Source: a virus
Taxonomy: Duplodnaviria; Caudoviricetes
Direction: 5' to 3' (one strand)
DNA length: 52,924 nucleotides
Virus record (IMG/VR): IMGVR_UViG_3300002136_000057
Location: 1-52,924 of that record
The notes beneath the pieces were generated by a model. The model made no database searches, had not been told where the DNA came from, and saw only the letters and a list, made by a program, of their open reading frames with translations. Positions 26,941 through 36,680 of this stretch are shown here, in pieces. Within the stretch, counting starts at the first letter, position 1. Each line of letters starts with the position of its first letter. Both the position numbers and the translations under genes were made by a program.

Positions 26941-28020
26941 CTATTTGTCAAGATATTTTGCTAATTCTGGAAGATAGTTTCGAATATTTATATTTTGTGC
27001 TCTGTCAGTTGTTTCAATAAACTTTTTAAACTTTTCAAAAAGTTCTGGATCATACACAACATTGTCTAAAAATTGCTTGTTATTTTCATCTTTTATGCTA
27101 TTGACATACTCGGGCGGAAGTACTTCTAGTTTTAAATATGCAGGTTGATGTACTACATAAGGTGTATATCCTAATCCCACTTCGTTTGCATAATTAATAA
27201 AATTAGTGTAATCATGCACTGTTAGTGCGTTTACCGTTGTACTGAATTGAATATTAAATTTAGGATGATGTTTTTGCAGCATTGCCCAGTATTTTACATT
27301 TTTAGTTAATTCATCCCAATTACTACCAGTTCTCGAATATTCGCAAGACTTTTTAAATCCATCAAGACTTAGTCCTATAAGAACATTTTTAAACTTTAAT
27401 AATTGTTTTATCCATTTGTGAGGGAAAAAAGTGCAGTTAGTATTTGTAGTAAGTTGAACATTGTTTATAATATTTTGGTCTTCTAAAAAATTAAATAACT
27501 CTTTGGTCTGCGGTGTAATAAAAGGTTCACCACCTAAATATTTTATAACTTTTAAATTTGAAAGGTCTAAGCCGTTGAACACTCGTTCTATTGATATTTC
27601 TTGATTGTTATCCCTGAAATAATGTTGTAGATCAGGATTGGTTTTATATAAATTACTCCACTTACTACTACTGTCTGTGTTGCACATTTTACAAGATAAA
27701 TTGCAATTGTTGCTCAGACTTATTTCAACAAATTGAATGCCTAGATCACTTTTAAAGTTTTCGTTTGATAGTTGCCTAAGGCTTTGAATACCATTCTGTG
27801 TTTCGTCAAGTCTACACTTTTCGCATCCTTTGTGCCAGCCAGTTTCCATATCTTTTTTAATTTGTTGGAATTGAGGTGTTTGTGAATATTCCTTATGAGA
27901 CATTTCTGAAAGTGTCACATCTTGATATATATCCGCGTACTTTGTGTACTGACAACATGGTTTATAGTATCCTGGTAGAGTTGCACAAAGGTGTGTATCT
28001 AATAGTACGCATTTAGGCAT
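26941..28020 (-). CDS. Radical SAM protein with N-terminal Cys-rich (twitch/SPASM-like) domain
   Basis: C...PCC...CEKC..E, then CNLSCKMC, GGEP, TNCT, SLDG. Confidence 0.88.
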   Translation of the reverse strand: MPKCVLLDTHLCATLPGYYKPCCQYTKYADIYQDVTLSEMSHKEYSQTPQFQQIKKDMETGWHKGCEKCRLDETQNGIQSLRQLSNENFKSDLGIQFVEISLSNNCNLSCKMCNTDSSSKWSNLYKTNPDLQHYFRDNNQEISIERVFNGLDLSNLKVIKYLGGEPFITPQTKELFNFLEDQNIINNVQLTTNTNCTFFPHKWIKQLLKFKNVLIGLSLDGFKKSCEYSRTGSNWDELTKNVKYWAMLQKHHPKFNIQFSTTVNALTVHDYTNFINYANEVGLGYTPYVVHQPAYLKLEVLPPEYVNSIKDENNKQFLDNVVYDPELFEKFKKFIETTDRAQNINIRNYLPELAKYLDK

Positions 28021-29170
28021 CTTTAAACTCCGGTATTAGGTCAAATAAATTTTCACCTCTGCTTGCATCTAGTGCAATTGTGTATTTCATAAACTTACTA
28101 TATTTATTGTTCCAATCTTCGGCATACATATAATCAATAATACCTTGCACCTTATCTAAATGCAAATACGGTTGTAATTGTTTTGCAGCTTGATCTTTTA
28201 GATGTTTGGGCAACACTCTAATATTTAATTCTTCAGGATGATTAAGAATATTAAAATATATTCTATGTCCATAAGGTGTAGCCCAATCTATTAGTTCCGG
28301 CAGTCTTAGTATATTGTACATTTGCACTGTGCAGTGTATTTCAATACCTGCATTAGGCAATTGTCTAATAGCTTCAAAGTTCTTTACAATCGTATCCCAT
28401 TTACTTGGATGTCTAATATAATGATCTAATGCACCAGTAGCATCTATTGAGCAATTAAGTTGTACCCGTTTAAAGTGCGTCCATCGCTCAAGTAACCACT
28501 GCGGTAGTTTAACTAAATTAGTATTGTACTTTAACCGTATATCTTTTGCAGTACCGTTGTTGATAAAATAATCTAATAATTTCTGTTGCTCTTTAATAAC
28601 TGTAGGCTCGCCGCCTGTTAAATATATTTCGTCAACAGTGTGTGCAATACTAAACAAGTTTTCCCAAGTCTTTGCTTGCTCGGGCCAATTCATATTACTA
28701 AGTCTGGCGTATTCGCTTTTGCTTAGTGCATTGTTGACTAAGTTCCATTCTTTAACCCACATGTTACTTGCATACGGATTACACATGCGACATTTTAAAT
28801 TACACAAGTTTCCTAACCGTAGGTCAACATATTTTATGTCGAATGGTGCATCTTCTGTGTATTCTTTATCTTCTTGCCATTTACTGTTCCAGCTTTGTCT
28901 AGCACTTTTTATTCCAACGTCTTCTTCTCTAAAACACCGTGTACACATTTCAGGACGGTCGCCAGCAAGTAACTGCTTACGAATAGTAGTATATACTTCA
29001 CTATTCCATGCTTCTTGTAAGTCGTCTCGTTGTAGTTTATAAGGGGTGCCGTCTTTTTTAGTGATAAAGTTTTTACCCGGAGTACTGTTACAGCACACTC
29101 GAAGATTGCCGCTTGCATTAGTAGCAAGGTGCATCCACGGTAATGCACAGAATGTTTTAGATTGAGTCAT
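28013..29170 (-). CDS. Radical SAM protein with N-terminal twitch/SPASM-like domain
   Basis: FCALPW...VCC...CTRC, CNLKCRMC, GGEP; ATG at 29170 fits RBS spacing better than the track TTG. Confidence 0.9.
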   Translation of the reverse strand: MTQSKTFCALPWMHLATNASGNLRVCCNSTPGKNFITKKDGTPYKLQRDDLQEAWNSEVYTTIRKQLLAGDRPEMCTRCFREEDVGIKSARQSWNSKWQEDKEYTEDAPFDIKYVDLRLGNLCNLKCRMCNPYASNMWVKEWNLVNNALSKSEYARLSNMNWPEQAKTWENLFSIAHTVDEIYLTGGEPTVIKEQQKLLDYFINNGTAKDIRLKYNTNLVKLPQWLLERWTHFKRVQLNCSIDATGALDHYIRHPSKWDTIVKNFEAIRQLPNAGIEIHCTVQMYNILRLPELIDWATPYGHRIYFNILNHPEELNIRVLPKHLKDQAAKQLQPYLHLDKVQGIIDYMYAEDWNNKYSKFMKYTIALDASRGENLFDLIPEFKDA

Positions 29171-30236
29171 ATATTTCAATTCCTGTATTATCTAATAAAT
29201 GCGGAAGCACTGTTTTTAAATCTTGATTTCTTAGTTTATCTAATTTAGCACTATATGTTATAAACTGTTCATACAATACAGGGTCAACCGGAGTCTTCAT
29301 CAAATTAATAACACTATTAATTTTATCATCGTTAAGCGTACTTAACTGATTAATGATACTTTGCTTACTAGATTCGGGCATAATATTAACTGCCATATAT
29401 TCTGGATTGTTAAGTACTATCCAGTTTATTCGTTCACTGAATAATTTTGTAAATTCTACTACATGATGTACTGTGGTATTTTGAATAACATAATTATAAG
29501 ATAACTTTATATTTGGCAACGATCTAAATTGTTCTACTTTTTCTAAACATTCATTCCAAGACTGTGTACTATCTCCTCGAACATATTCATATACATTATA
29601 CAACCCGTCAATGCTTACTTGTAAATCAACTTCGATATTAGTAATAGCATCTGCAAACCAATCTGGAAATAATGTGCCGTTTGTAATACAATTAATTTTA
29701 ATTGTTTTTATTTTTGATAATTCTTTTAATTGTTGGAAAAAGTATTTTGAGTGCTTGTGCATTAAGGGCTCGCCGCCTTTGAGCTCAATCTCAATACGTT
29801 TATCAAGTGTTGAGAGAAATGCAATTAATGAATCAATCTGCTTCTCATCTAGCTGAAAACTAGTTAACTTATGTTTAGGAATATCTAAAGCAATACTGTC
29901 ACTAAACCAACTTGTGCTGTTATGATGATTACACATTCTACATTTTAAGTTACAATAGTTTCCTAAACTTAAATCTAATAAAAAATCATCATCAGTAAAT
30001 CGTGTTTCGTATCGTTGACGACGGCTACTTACGTTATTACTTTCGTCAAAACTACATGACTTACACCCCGGAACCCAGCCTTGTTCTAAACTGCTAGCTA
30101 GTGTATCAAAGTTTATATCTGAAAAGGTTTCATAAGATGCTACACTGCCGAAGTTACCTCGATATTTACAACACGGACTAATAGTGCCTACGGCATCAAT
30201 AGTGATACTGTTTGATGTTGCAAAGCATTTAATCAT
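29157..30236 (-). CDS. Radical SAM protein with N-terminal twitch/SPASM-like domain
   Basis: C...PCC...CKSC, CNLKCRMC, GGEP, TNGT, SIDG. Confidence 0.88.
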   Translation of the reverse strand: MIKCFATSNSITIDAVGTISPCCKYRGNFGSVASYETFSDINFDTLASSLEQGWVPGCKSCSFDESNNVSSRRQRYETRFTDDDFLLDLSLGNYCNLKCRMCNHHNSTSWFSDSIALDIPKHKLTSFQLDEKQIDSLIAFLSTLDKRIEIELKGGEPLMHKHSKYFFQQLKELSKIKTIKINCITNGTLFPDWFADAITNIEVDLQVSIDGLYNVYEYVRGDSTQSWNECLEKVEQFRSLPNIKLSYNYVIQNTTVHHVVEFTKLFSERINWIVLNNPEYMAVNIMPESSKQSIINQLSTLNDDKINSVINLMKTPVDPVLYEQFITYSAKLDKLRNQDLKTVLPHLLDNTGIEIYDSI

Positions 30237-31410
30237 AATATTGTCCTATTTCCATTGTGTCAAAACTTTGTTTTTTATATGTGTCTTTTAATCTAGTTAC
30301 CTTTAAAAATTCATCAGTTATATCTGCTTGCCGTGGTTGATTAATTTTATTTTTTACGTCTTTAAGAAACTTACTAAACTTTTTATTGTCTAACTCTCTT
30401 AAAGTATTAACTTGTCTTAATGCTTCATCTTTAAGATCCTGCGGAACATTTCGCACATCTAAATACGCAGGTGTATCTAATGGAATAACATTAATATGGA
30501 AATTATATTGTTTAGCTAACTCTACCATATTTTTAATTTCAAGAATGTTATATGCTTGTAGTGTAAACGTAATCGAAGTTACTAACTGTGCAGTCTGTAC
30601 ATCAGATAACTTTTGCAACTTACTGTTTACATCATTCCAATTTGCAGGATGTCTTATATATTCGAAAGTATCGCCTATACCGTCTATACTACAAATAATG
30701 TTTACAAATTTAAATGCTTTAAATCGTTCAATCCAGTCGTCATCTATTAGTGTTACATTTGTTATTATAATTAGATCAATATTTTTAGCAAAATCGTTAT
30801 CAACACAATAGTCAATTAGTTTCTTTACGCTAGGAACCATTAGAGGTTCGCCGCCTGTAAATTTTAAATGACGCAATCCATTTGCAATCATGTCTTTTAT
30901 CGAATCTACAAACTCTTCTTGAAGATACCATTTGTTTTGAACAAAGGTTTTTTCGTGCTCGTCTAGTCCTAGATCAACACCAGTTTCTTTAAGTATTTTT
31001 TGAAATTCATTTGCAACACCGCTACTACTATAACTACTGCACATTCTACAACTTAGGTTACAATAATTTCCTAATTTTAGATCAAGTTCTACTGGATATT
31101 TTTTTGTTGTAGGAATGTCATCTACAAATTTATCCCAGATACCTTGATTCTTATAATTTTCAATAAATTGATCTCGTAAACTAGATATTCCAGATTCTTC
31201 TTTTTTCCAGCAACTTTTGCAAATGTCTGGACGGTTGCCGGCTAACATTTCTTTCTTAACACCGTCTCTCAGATCATTCCAATGCTGATCAAGATTTCCA
31301 ATAAATTTGTCTTTGTCTTGTGTAACAGCATTACAGCATAAACGATTTTTGCCCATTGTGTTTACGCATAGGTGATCCCACACAGCAGGACAAACGGTAT
31401 CTAAATTCAT
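30229..31410 (-). CDS. Radical SAM protein with N-terminal twitch/SPASM-like domain
   Basis: CPAVW...LCC...CKSC, CNLSCRMC, GGEP, YIRHPANW. Confidence 0.9.
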   Translation of the reverse strand: MNLDTVCPAVWDHLCVNTMGKNRLCCNAVTQDKDKFIGNLDQHWNDLRDGVKKEMLAGNRPDICKSCWKKEESGISSLRDQFIENYKNQGIWDKFVDDIPTTKKYPVELDLKLGNYCNLSCRMCSSYSSSGVANEFQKILKETGVDLGLDEHEKTFVQNKWYLQEEFVDSIKDMIANGLRHLKFTGGEPLMVPSVKKLIDYCVDNDFAKNIDLIIITNVTLIDDDWIERFKAFKFVNIICSIDGIGDTFEYIRHPANWNDVNSKLQKLSDVQTAQLVTSITFTLQAYNILEIKNMVELAKQYNFHINVIPLDTPAYLDVRNVPQDLKDEALRQVNTLRELDNKKFSKFLKDVKNKINQPRQADITDEFLKVTRLKDTYKKQSFDTMEIGQYYD

Positions 31411-32285
31411 TTTATCTCTCTGAGAAACGTTAATAACAATCCCATCTTAGTTGTCCAATGATTATCCTGTCGACCTTTATTTGTTGCATGCAATTGCACA
31501 GCATCAAACACAATAGGAGCACGAGGTTTCCACTCGCAAGTTAGTTCAGGCGTTAATCCTGTTAAGCGTTTGTATGGAGTGTAGTACAAATATTCATCGT
31601 AATGTTCTTTGTTATATTTTACAAGATTTGATGTTTTATCTTGTACTGTGCCATCTAACAAATAAAAATCAATGTCAACGTGATTATCTACAATGGGATA
31701 TGTTGTTGCAACAGTTTGTTCTGGTTTTTTACCGTGATGATACACGTGGGCAAAATCAACATGACGCTGATCAAAAAACACAGCATGGCTTTCTATGTTA
31801 GCAGGTGCAGTAAACAATGGAATAATAATATTACGCCAGGGTACATATTTGCGGCCCTTGTGATCTATAGGAGTTTTAGTTAAACTATTTTTCCAATCTG
31901 ATTCTCTAGTACTATCGTTGTGTAACCCATACTGACTAGGAGTGATAAAGAAATTGCCACCTACAACAGGTGATGTTTCTGCACCCGGTACCATTTGATT
32001 AATACGATCTGCAAACTTTTCGTATACTCCTTGTAGGTTACCGCTTATGAACATTGTACCGTTATCGTTGTGTCTTACTGTATTGCAACGACTAAATGCA
32101 TATCCGTACATCCAACTAATTTCTTCTTTAGTAAATGCTTCTTCAAACACTTGTGCTTTTTGAAAATTCTTTGAAATATTTTGTTTAATCAAAGGGTCTT
32201 TTAAATCAGCTAACCAATGCTCGTATTCTAATTTATAATTCTTATGATTGGCAATATCTTCTGCTGTATTGATATTCGCTAACAT
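31407..32285 (-). CDS. Fe(II)/2OG oxygenase-like protein, related to 24471-25163
   Basis: LHND, IIIPL, FDQ, FDAVQLHAT. Confidence 0.7.
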   Translation of the reverse strand: MLANINTAEDIANHKNYKLEYEHWLADLKDPLIKQNISKNFQKAQVFEEAFTKEEISWMYGYAFSRCNTVRHNDNGTMFISGNLQGVYEKFADRINQMVPGAETSPVVGGNFFITPSQYGLHNDSTRESDWKNSLTKTPIDHKGRKYVPWRNIIIPLFTAPANIESHAVFFDQRHVDFAHVYHHGKKPEQTVATTYPIVDNHVDIDFYLLDGTVQDKTSNLVKYNKEHYDEYLYYTPYKRLTGLTPELTCEWKPRAPIVFDAVQLHATNKGRQDNHWTTKMGLLLTFLREIK

Positions 32286-33034
32286 TAACTATGCCTTTCT
32301 TCTAGCTTTGGTAAAATAAAATCTTTAATCATTTCTTCATTTATAGCATCTGTAAAATGTGCAGGATCACAAAGTATATTTTCTTTACCATATTTGTTTT
32401 TATAATAGTCGTGTGCGTTCATAAAGTCGCCAAACTTAATATACGTTTGATTGCCTATAACACTGTTAAACGTAGGTATTTGTTCCATATGCCAATTTTT
32501 TGCCCATGCTATTACTCTAATGCCTAATAATTCACACAAGTCAACTGTGTGTTTCATATCTATTAATGCCCAAAATTCATTCATTGTCCAATCAACAGCA
32601 ATACTTTCTTGAAACTTCTTCCAGGTCTTATAGTCAGATTTAGACCCAAACGTAGTGTAATCTATTTCTTGATGTATATAACGCTGATATTGATACATAC
32701 TTACACTATCTTTAAATACATCGTTGATTATAGTATCAATGTCTTGTTCTTTCCATATAACTTTATAAGATTCAGTTTGTGTTTTAAAGTTAAGCATCGA
32801 TCTATTATTAATTATTTCCATTAGTAATGTATCAATATTATGCTGTTTTTTTAGATACAACACTTTATTTAAATACAATTCTGTGCCCTTGCTTGCACAG
32901 GCTGCATTCACAACTTCTATATTGCTATACTTTTTAATCCAAGTTTCAAACGGCAATGCAAGATCGTTTTTTCCTGTAGCAGGATTTAAGTGACTTCCTA
33001 CACTAAAACTACTACCTACAATACCAAGTTTCAC
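32285..33034 (-). CDS. SGNH-like protein
   Basis: IVGSSFS, NAACASKG, DPAH. Confidence 0.65.
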   Translation of the reverse strand: MKLGIVGSSFSVGSHLNPATGKNDLALPFETWIKKYSNIEVVNAACASKGTELYLNKVLYLKKQHNIDTLLMEIINNRSMLNFKTQTESYKVIWKEQDIDTIINDVFKDSVSMYQYQRYIHQEIDYTTFGSKSDYKTWKKFQESIAVDWTMNEFWALIDMKHTVDLCELLGIRVIAWAKNWHMEQIPTFNSVIGNQTYIKFGDFMNAHDYYKNKYGKENILCDPAHFTDAINEEMIKDFILPKLEERHS

Positions 33035-34443
33035 TGTGCATCCTTAAAGATTTCAATCATTTCTGGAAATGTCTCAGCAAACGTAATACCGCGTTGCTTA
33101 TCACATAGTCCTAAAAACTCTTTCATCTCAGGCAGACGTTGACTCCAGTCTTCACTTTCCATAAAACTAAGAATGCCGTTAAGTCGCTTAATGCCATATT
33201 CTGCACTGCGGAATTGCTTATAATCTACTTTGCCTTTGTGCCATTCTGGAATACCTAACTCCCAGTTTGCTTCCCACCAAGGATACCATGATTCGTATTT
33301 TTCTCTACACTTGGCTTTGAAGTCTGCAGGCAAGCTCTTGACGTTCAAATGAGCTGGCCAATATACAAAGTGCTGACTAATTCCGCCGGCACCAAATGGC
33401 CACATATTAACTTTCTTAAACTTTTGCTCTAACTTCCATTGAATAAAGTCTGGCAAGTAATATACATTTAGTGCTTGTACTGCACATGCAATAGTAACTT
33501 CGACATTGTCACTAGTTTGTGTATCTAACAAATGGAATACTTCTTCTTGACGACTCCACTTACTAGGATAACGAATGTAGTCATTCATTTCTTTGATACT
33601 GTCTATGCTGTAGTGGAAACGTACTAGTTTAAATTCTTTCCATAAGTCAAACAAATCATCCCGCCACTCAACACCGTTTGAATTGTAACGAAGTTCTAGA
33701 TCTTTTGCATAACCCATTTTAATAGCGTATTCGAGTATCTCGTAGTGTTCTTCAATAATGAGACTTTCGCCGCCTGCAAAGTAGATCTGTTGCATACTTG
33801 GCATTTGCTCGTAGAACTGTTTCCAGAATGTAGGATTCTGTTTGTGCCAGTTATAACTACTGCCATTAGTACTACCTTTATCCTGCCACTGCATGATCTC
33901 TTTAAGTGATTCATTTTTTACACTAGGAAAGATTGCTTTATAATCTTTAATCCATCCACTACTGTCATGTGGGCTACACATAATACATGCAAGTTGACAC
34001 TTTGTCCCAAACCGCAAATCAATGTATGCTAAGTTGGGTGGTACTTCGCCGTCGGGCTGTGTATCAGAAAGTATTTTATCAAGATCAACACGTTGACTCC
34101 AATAGTGCGTTTCCCACTGTCGCTTACTACGGTGTCCAGCTGCTTCTTCTTTATAACATTTTAAACAGCTAGGTGGCTTTTCGCCTGCAAGCATTTGTTT
34201 GCGTACATTTTTCATGTAATTGCTATTCCAAGCAGTTTCAAAATCGCTTACATTTAAGTTGTTAGGTTTGCCGTCATCTGTTTTAAGAATGCCAACTTGG
34301 CCGCCGTGCTCTTTATCATTAGTGGCACCGACGCTACTGGCATTAGCTGTACAGCAAACACGCATACTTCCGTCCGGTCTTGTACTAAGGTGTACCCACG
34401 GTAGAAGGCAAAATGTTTCTGAAGGGTATTTTTTATCTGTCAT
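33031..34443 (-). CDS. Radical SAM protein with N-terminal twitch/SPASM-like domain
   Basis: FCLLPW...VCC...CLKC, CQLACIMC, GGES, YIRYPSKW. Confidence 0.9.
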   Translation of the reverse strand: MTDKKYPSETFCLLPWVHLSTRPDGSMRVCCTANASSVGATNDKEHGGQVGILKTDDGKPNNLNVSDFETAWNSNYMKNVRKQMLAGEKPPSCLKCYKEEAAGHRSKRQWETHYWSQRVDLDKILSDTQPDGEVPPNLAYIDLRFGTKCQLACIMCSPHDSSGWIKDYKAIFPSVKNESLKEIMQWQDKGSTNGSSYNWHKQNPTFWKQFYEQMPSMQQIYFAGGESLIIEEHYEILEYAIKMGYAKDLELRYNSNGVEWRDDLFDLWKEFKLVRFHYSIDSIKEMNDYIRYPSKWSRQEEVFHLLDTQTSDNVEVTIACAVQALNVYYLPDFIQWKLEQKFKKVNMWPFGAGGISQHFVYWPAHLNVKSLPADFKAKCREKYESWYPWWEANWELGIPEWHKGKVDYKQFRSAEYGIKRLNGILSFMESEDWSQRLPEMKEFLGLCDKQRGITFAETFPEMIEIFKDAQ

Positions 34444-34451
34444 GCTAATAC

Positions 34452-35519
34452 TTATTTAAACTGTTCTGCAAAAGGGTCAAACTCGGCGCCGCACTTCATA
34501 CTGCACACCTTTAGTTTACCATCCGCGCAACTAGATTTACTCCAACTATCTTGTATTCTGTCAAATATACCTGTGTCAAATACTGCTGCTAATCCGTTAC
34601 GTGCATCTAACGCACCCTTATTAGGAATAAAGTCCCATATCTGTTCTACCTTAGGATCTTTGTGCCACCATTTGTACATTCGCCCGGCTGTCCAACAACA
34701 AGGCAATGCTAGACCTTCTGCTGTAATGAACAAGCTATTGTCTTTCTTTACTTTACAAATAATAGGAGCTCTATCATAGTATGCATCCATACTATTATAT
34801 TTCTTTTCTACTTTTTCTTGAGTCTTTAATGCATTATTTTGGTATTTAATATCAGGTTTTTTTAATTCTGCCGCCACTTTTCCTTTTTTGTCAACTGCTT
34901 GGTGCGATTCTTTTTTCTTTGAATCTTGTGTAATAAAACGGCCTGTCTTTTTCTTCATAAACTTTTCGCAGCCCCACGCATTAGCAAGTGTTTCTGCTTC
35001 TTCAACTTGATGTTGGTTGTGTTCAAATATTAAAAAGTCCCAACGAGCTCTGCCGCCTGCACTAATAAACGCCTTCATGTTACGCTCTACATTGTCCCAT
35101 ACAACGCCTTGACGATAGATATGGTTAGTATCGCGTAAGCCGTCAACACTAAAAATAACGGCTCCTGTCCTTCCAAAAACTTCTGCAAGTTCTTTCCACC
35201 ATTGTCCATTCTTTGCTCCTGCATTTGTATTCATGCTCAGCCACATGTTAGTATTGTGTTCACGGAAGTACTTGAATATTTCTAAGGTATCACGAGCAAC
35301 AATAGGATCACCTAAGTTTCCACACATATACATTGTGTTAAGCTGTGCAATAAACTCTGGCAAGAATATTTTTTTGCAATCTTCTAATGAAAGTTCATCT
35401 AAGTTGATATGAGGGTTTATGCCTTTGCCATTCATATTACGGTCGCACATAGGACAACTAGCTTGACAATTTTGAGTTACTTCAAGATGAATTGCTTTTA
35501 TATCTTCATACTTATACAT
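34452..35519 (-). CDS. Radical SAM protein with C-terminal SPASM/twitch domain
   Basis: CQASCPMC, GNLGDP, C-terminal C...PCC...C...C...C. Confidence 0.88.
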   Translation of the reverse strand: MYKYEDIKAIHLEVTQNCQASCPMCDRNMNGKGINPHINLDELSLEDCKKIFLPEFIAQLNTMYMCGNLGDPIVARDTLEIFKYFREHNTNMWLSMNTNAGAKNGQWWKELAEVFGRTGAVIFSVDGLRDTNHIYRQGVVWDNVERNMKAFISAGGRARWDFLIFEHNQHQVEEAETLANAWGCEKFMKKKTGRFITQDSKKKESHQAVDKKGKVAAELKKPDIKYQNNALKTQEKVEKKYNSMDAYYDRAPIICKVKKDNSLFITAEGLALPCCWTAGRMYKWWHKDPKVEQIWDFIPNKGALDARNGLAAVFDTGIFDRIQDSWSKSSCADGKLKVCSMKCGAEFDPFAEQFK

Positions 35520-36462
35520 ATTTTATGTATTCTTCTATAGGAGGTTTTTTATAATCATTGCTATCTGGTATGCGAGCTTCGGCGTTATATACCGGGCAAT
35601 GATATGTAAGAGCCTCAGATTTATAACCAATTCCTAAATATAATAGAGGAGTTATTCCAATATCCTCAACCATGTCGTGCATGTTTTGTATACAAGCGCA
35701 AAATCCAACAGCCAATCCAACAGCAGGAGCAGCAAGACTAACATACATTGCTGCAAGCCCTATTTCAACTCCTGCTTCATAGAAATAGTAATTTTTATCA
35801 ACTCCGTCTTGCGGAGTTCCTCTAATGCCAAAGGCAAGAACATAAGGTGCAAGTACCTGAGGATTATATCTTGATTTTGGATTACCTGGATCTGCTTCAG
35901 TGCCTCTGTACATCTTTTGTTGTAACTCAGGCAGTGTATGTGTAGGAATAATACGTAAATCGTATCTAACTCGACGCTGTTTACTTGGCACGTAGGTGTG
36001 TATACCTCTTACAATATCATCTATTAAATGCTGTTCAGGTATTTGATCTGTCCAATTATATGTATTGATTCTATTATTTGCGAGATATTCGAAAGACCCT
36101 AATTCATAAATTGGTTTATTTAAAATATTGTTTATTGTAATAGATATTAAGCTATCAACTTCAACAGACGGACAAATTTCGTTTATCAAAGTATTAATTA
36201 TTTTATAAGTTTTTACTTCAACACCAGTTGTTCTTAACTGAGACTTTCCTCTGTTCCAAAATCTACTGGTAATATTCTGTGTTCTAGCAGTATTAGTATT
36301 TTCTAAATCATATATCCATGCATCATACACATAACCAATATCTCTATAGCACTTTTCAAATTCAGTAGTACGATTAGGATAAGATTTTTTAATCCATTCT
36401 ACTGATTGCTCAATTATAGATTTTTTATTTTCTTTTAAAATTTTAATTATGTTCATTGTCAT
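35512..36462 (-). CDS. Fusion: phycobiliprotein-like helix motif plus nitroreductase-like domain
   Basis: KCYRDIGYVYDA in the N-half; PSKQ, NPQVLAP, EIGLAA...A...GLAVGFCAC, LGIGY in the C-half. Confidence 0.65.
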   Translation of the reverse strand: MTMNIIKILKENKKSIIEQSVEWIKKSYPNRTTEFEKCYRDIGYVYDAWIYDLENTNTARTQNITSRFWNRGKSQLRTTGVEVKTYKIINTLINEICPSVEVDSLISITINNILNKPIYELGSFEYLANNRINTYNWTDQIPEQHLIDDIVRGIHTYVPSKQRRVRYDLRIIPTHTLPELQQKMYRGTEADPGNPKSRYNPQVLAPYVLAFGIRGTPQDGVDKNYYFYEAGVEIGLAAMYVSLAAPAVGLAVGFCACIQNMHDMVEDIGITPLLYLGIGYKSEALTYHCPVYNAEARIPDSNDYKKPPIEEYIKYV

Positions 36463-36680
36463 TCCAATATTAACTTTACATCTTTACCAGGACCAACTTT
36501 ACTCGGTAAGTCGCCGTACTGTTCTATATACCATTTAATAACCGAGGTGTACCAATTTTGACTATTATGATGTGCTTGTTTATTAAACTGATATATGTTA
36601 TTGTTTGTAGCTTCCATAGTACTTATCGCACGGGCACTTTCAGTCTGGAGCTGTCTGAGTGTAAGATTACTTATATCCAA
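36459..36680 (-). CDS. Small hypothetical protein
   Basis: 73 aa, overlaps both neighbours in the operon. Confidence 0.6.
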   Translation of the reverse strand: MDISNLTLRQLQTESARAISTMEATNNNIYQFNKQAHHNSQNWYTSVIKWYIEQYGDLPSKVGPGKDVKLILE

